Below, piece by piece: positions 61,693 to 64,000 of a DNA stretch of 64,000 bases; the first letter of the stretch is position 1, and each line of letters opens with the position of its first letter. The notes below the pieces were generated by a model. That model ran no database searches. It saw only the letters and a list, made by a program, of their open reading frames with translations, and had not been told where the DNA came from. The translations under genes were made by a program, and so were the position numbers. The stretch is from Eledone cirrhosa (Eukaryota), in assembly GCA_964016885.1 (NCBI GenBank), contig OZ024742.1, forward strand, positions 155,868,001 to 155,932,000, given 5' to 3'.

Positions 61693-63376
61693 TTTAAGCT
61701 AATAATGAGAGAGGAAAATAGGCTGAGAAACGTGATTCGTCTTAGAATTAACGGAACACTTCAATATTATTAACGAAGTACATTTACAGAAATCTTTAAT
61801 TTGGGAGATGTCGCGAAATTATATCTCACATGAAGTGGCTTTCGGCGGATTAGCTAATTTTTTTAGTACATAGTTTTTCCATAGAATGTGAAATGTACGA
61901 CAGCTTCATTTTTATCACAGTTGAAACACATAAAGGATGGATTAGCACTATCGGATATGGAATCAAAATATAAAGATGGCTTCTAAATATTGTGTAATAT
62001 ATATGGTCCCGTGTAGCATATACAGATTTGCTAAACTATCTTATGTAGCTTAGATACTACTCCAAACATCAGGAATCATAACGTCCAATTCACATGTATC
62101 TCAATATTTTTATTAGAACATAGCAAATTGTTTTCTTACTGAATAATCCCTATAACTGATCATGTATATACATAATTATGATCAGACAGCTTTATCTGGA
62201 AATATTAATTTAAGCTTACTACTTTCAAATGTCAGTAAGTGCATTGTAAAAACAGAATCAATAGCAACAACAAAAATAATGTCAACTGTGAACTATATTT
62301 CATTATCTGATTGACAGCATTACTATTTTAGTCTTCAACTCATTAACCTTTAAACACGTCAATCTTAATATTTGCACTTAATAACCAAACACTATCTTCT
62401 ACTTAACGGTCAAGAAAAGCAATACAGAATATAGCTGACGTCTCAGTCAACCGAGTTTGAGTATTTTGTAACTTGGACGATTATTTCGTTGAAATGGCCC
62501 GTGACTAAATCTGACACGAAGTTTCTAGTGAGAGCAGCATGTCATCAAATATAAAGAGCATAAAACAGCTTATAGAACACTTTTTCATAACAAAAAGAAA
62601 ATCATTTCAATTCTAAAGTTTTTATCTGTGTATATCTTCATGTGGATGACTTGATGGCCGTTGTCAGATAGGATTAACTTGTAAAAATTATGTTCTAACA
62701 TTGTTCAATTATCACGAGGTGAAAGTTACATTATAAATAATTAAATAGAAATAAACTTCCTTCTTGTTTCCACGTCATTTCACGTTACGACTAAAACAAG
62801 AGCAGTAATATGGCAGAAAAATCACAACAACAATAACACATATTACAGAAATTCAATTCATTATGGTCGGATATATATTACGGAATAATTTCTAATTTTG
62901 AAGTTTTCAATTACATGTGTATAAAATATCAATAAGTTTATACCAACGAGAACAGAACACGGAATCAATATACATGTAGTAAATATATTTCAATATTAGT
63001 GTCGCTGTAAAAGATACTTAATCATTTTCAATTTTAATTAAATAAGGTTCATGTTAAAATATGTTTTTCTTTTATTTTTAAGAGAAAGTAATTTTAATCT
63101 TTATCTTCCTGATTAAACATGACATTAATGTGCCAAAGGGTGAACACATTCTGGAAACAGTTTAATATTGTATCGTGTACCAGAAAGAGAATGTAACAAG
63201 TGTAAGCATGGGTCATTGGCTATTACGTAAATATAACAACCAAACAAATAACGGATTTCTTATGTACATCATAAAAGCTGAATGATCATTTTAATTTAAC
63301 TGATAATATATATGTAAATATATATTCTTACTTAAATTAAAATGATCATTCAGATTTTCCGATGCAGAGAAGAAAT

Positions 63377-63448
<72 letters not shown>

Positions 63449-64000
63449 CATATATGCATACATACACACACACACATATATATATGTATATATATACACG
63501 AACACACACACGAACACACGCACACACACACATACACACATGCACACATACACACACACACAAACACCACACAAACACACATATATATATATGTATGCAT
63601 AATGACACTTAATTCCTCATAATGTTTCTTGAGGGTTTAATCAAATTGATATACAAAATTGAATATATAATAAAATCCTTAAATTTACATCTTTAAATTA
63701 CGTTCGTCTAAAATACGAGTTATTAGATTCAACATTGGTGTTCGGTTCTCCGTCTAACTCTAACAGTTCGTTAACTGCACCTGTGTTACCGTTCGGGTAG
63801 ATGTTTATGTCTTTAATCTAATAACACCGTGTAACAAAAAAAAAATGTTTCCCTGTTCCTGGCTTGTAATCACTTTATTGTGTTGCTTAGGACCCAAATA
63901 AATTTAAAAAAATCTATTAAACAGTTAAAAGTTTGGGTTTGTAAAAATTCTGAGCTATTCACTAGAATCATTTGTATGCTGGATTTTACGTTGTATGTAA

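Overview
Eukaryotic, gene-empty, AT-rich repeat DNA. It is most likely from an octopod cephalopod, inferred from the SINE type, the Penelope load and the (TA)n abundance. No host gene or intact TE ORF can be supported, and most listed ORFs are microsatellite artefacts. The window is dominated by Penelope-like retroelements (PLEs) sitting in or beside (TA)n arrays: three Hydra-type copies (GLYRDDG / CNC-x5-CPL), three Neptune-type copies, one other GIY-YIG fragment and one divergent RT fragment. Many have a 5'-inverted pseudo-LTR. Also present are tRNA-derived SINEs with TSDs, remnants of Tx1/L1-, RTE- and CRE-type LINEs, and a 6-kb TA/TACA array. The main signal is RNA-level: by eye I find about 22 type I hammerhead ribozyme (HHR) motifs of about 12 sequence families. 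Many lie in ORF-less palindromic mini-elements and many have a non-canonical base of helix II (U.U, A.A or an extra nucleotide). The best candidate novel system is a young, highly structured 310-bp ORF-less HHR tandem unit at 56.7-58.7 kb that looks like a non-LTR retrozyme (circRNA-forming). All folds and clade calls are by eye and need computation.
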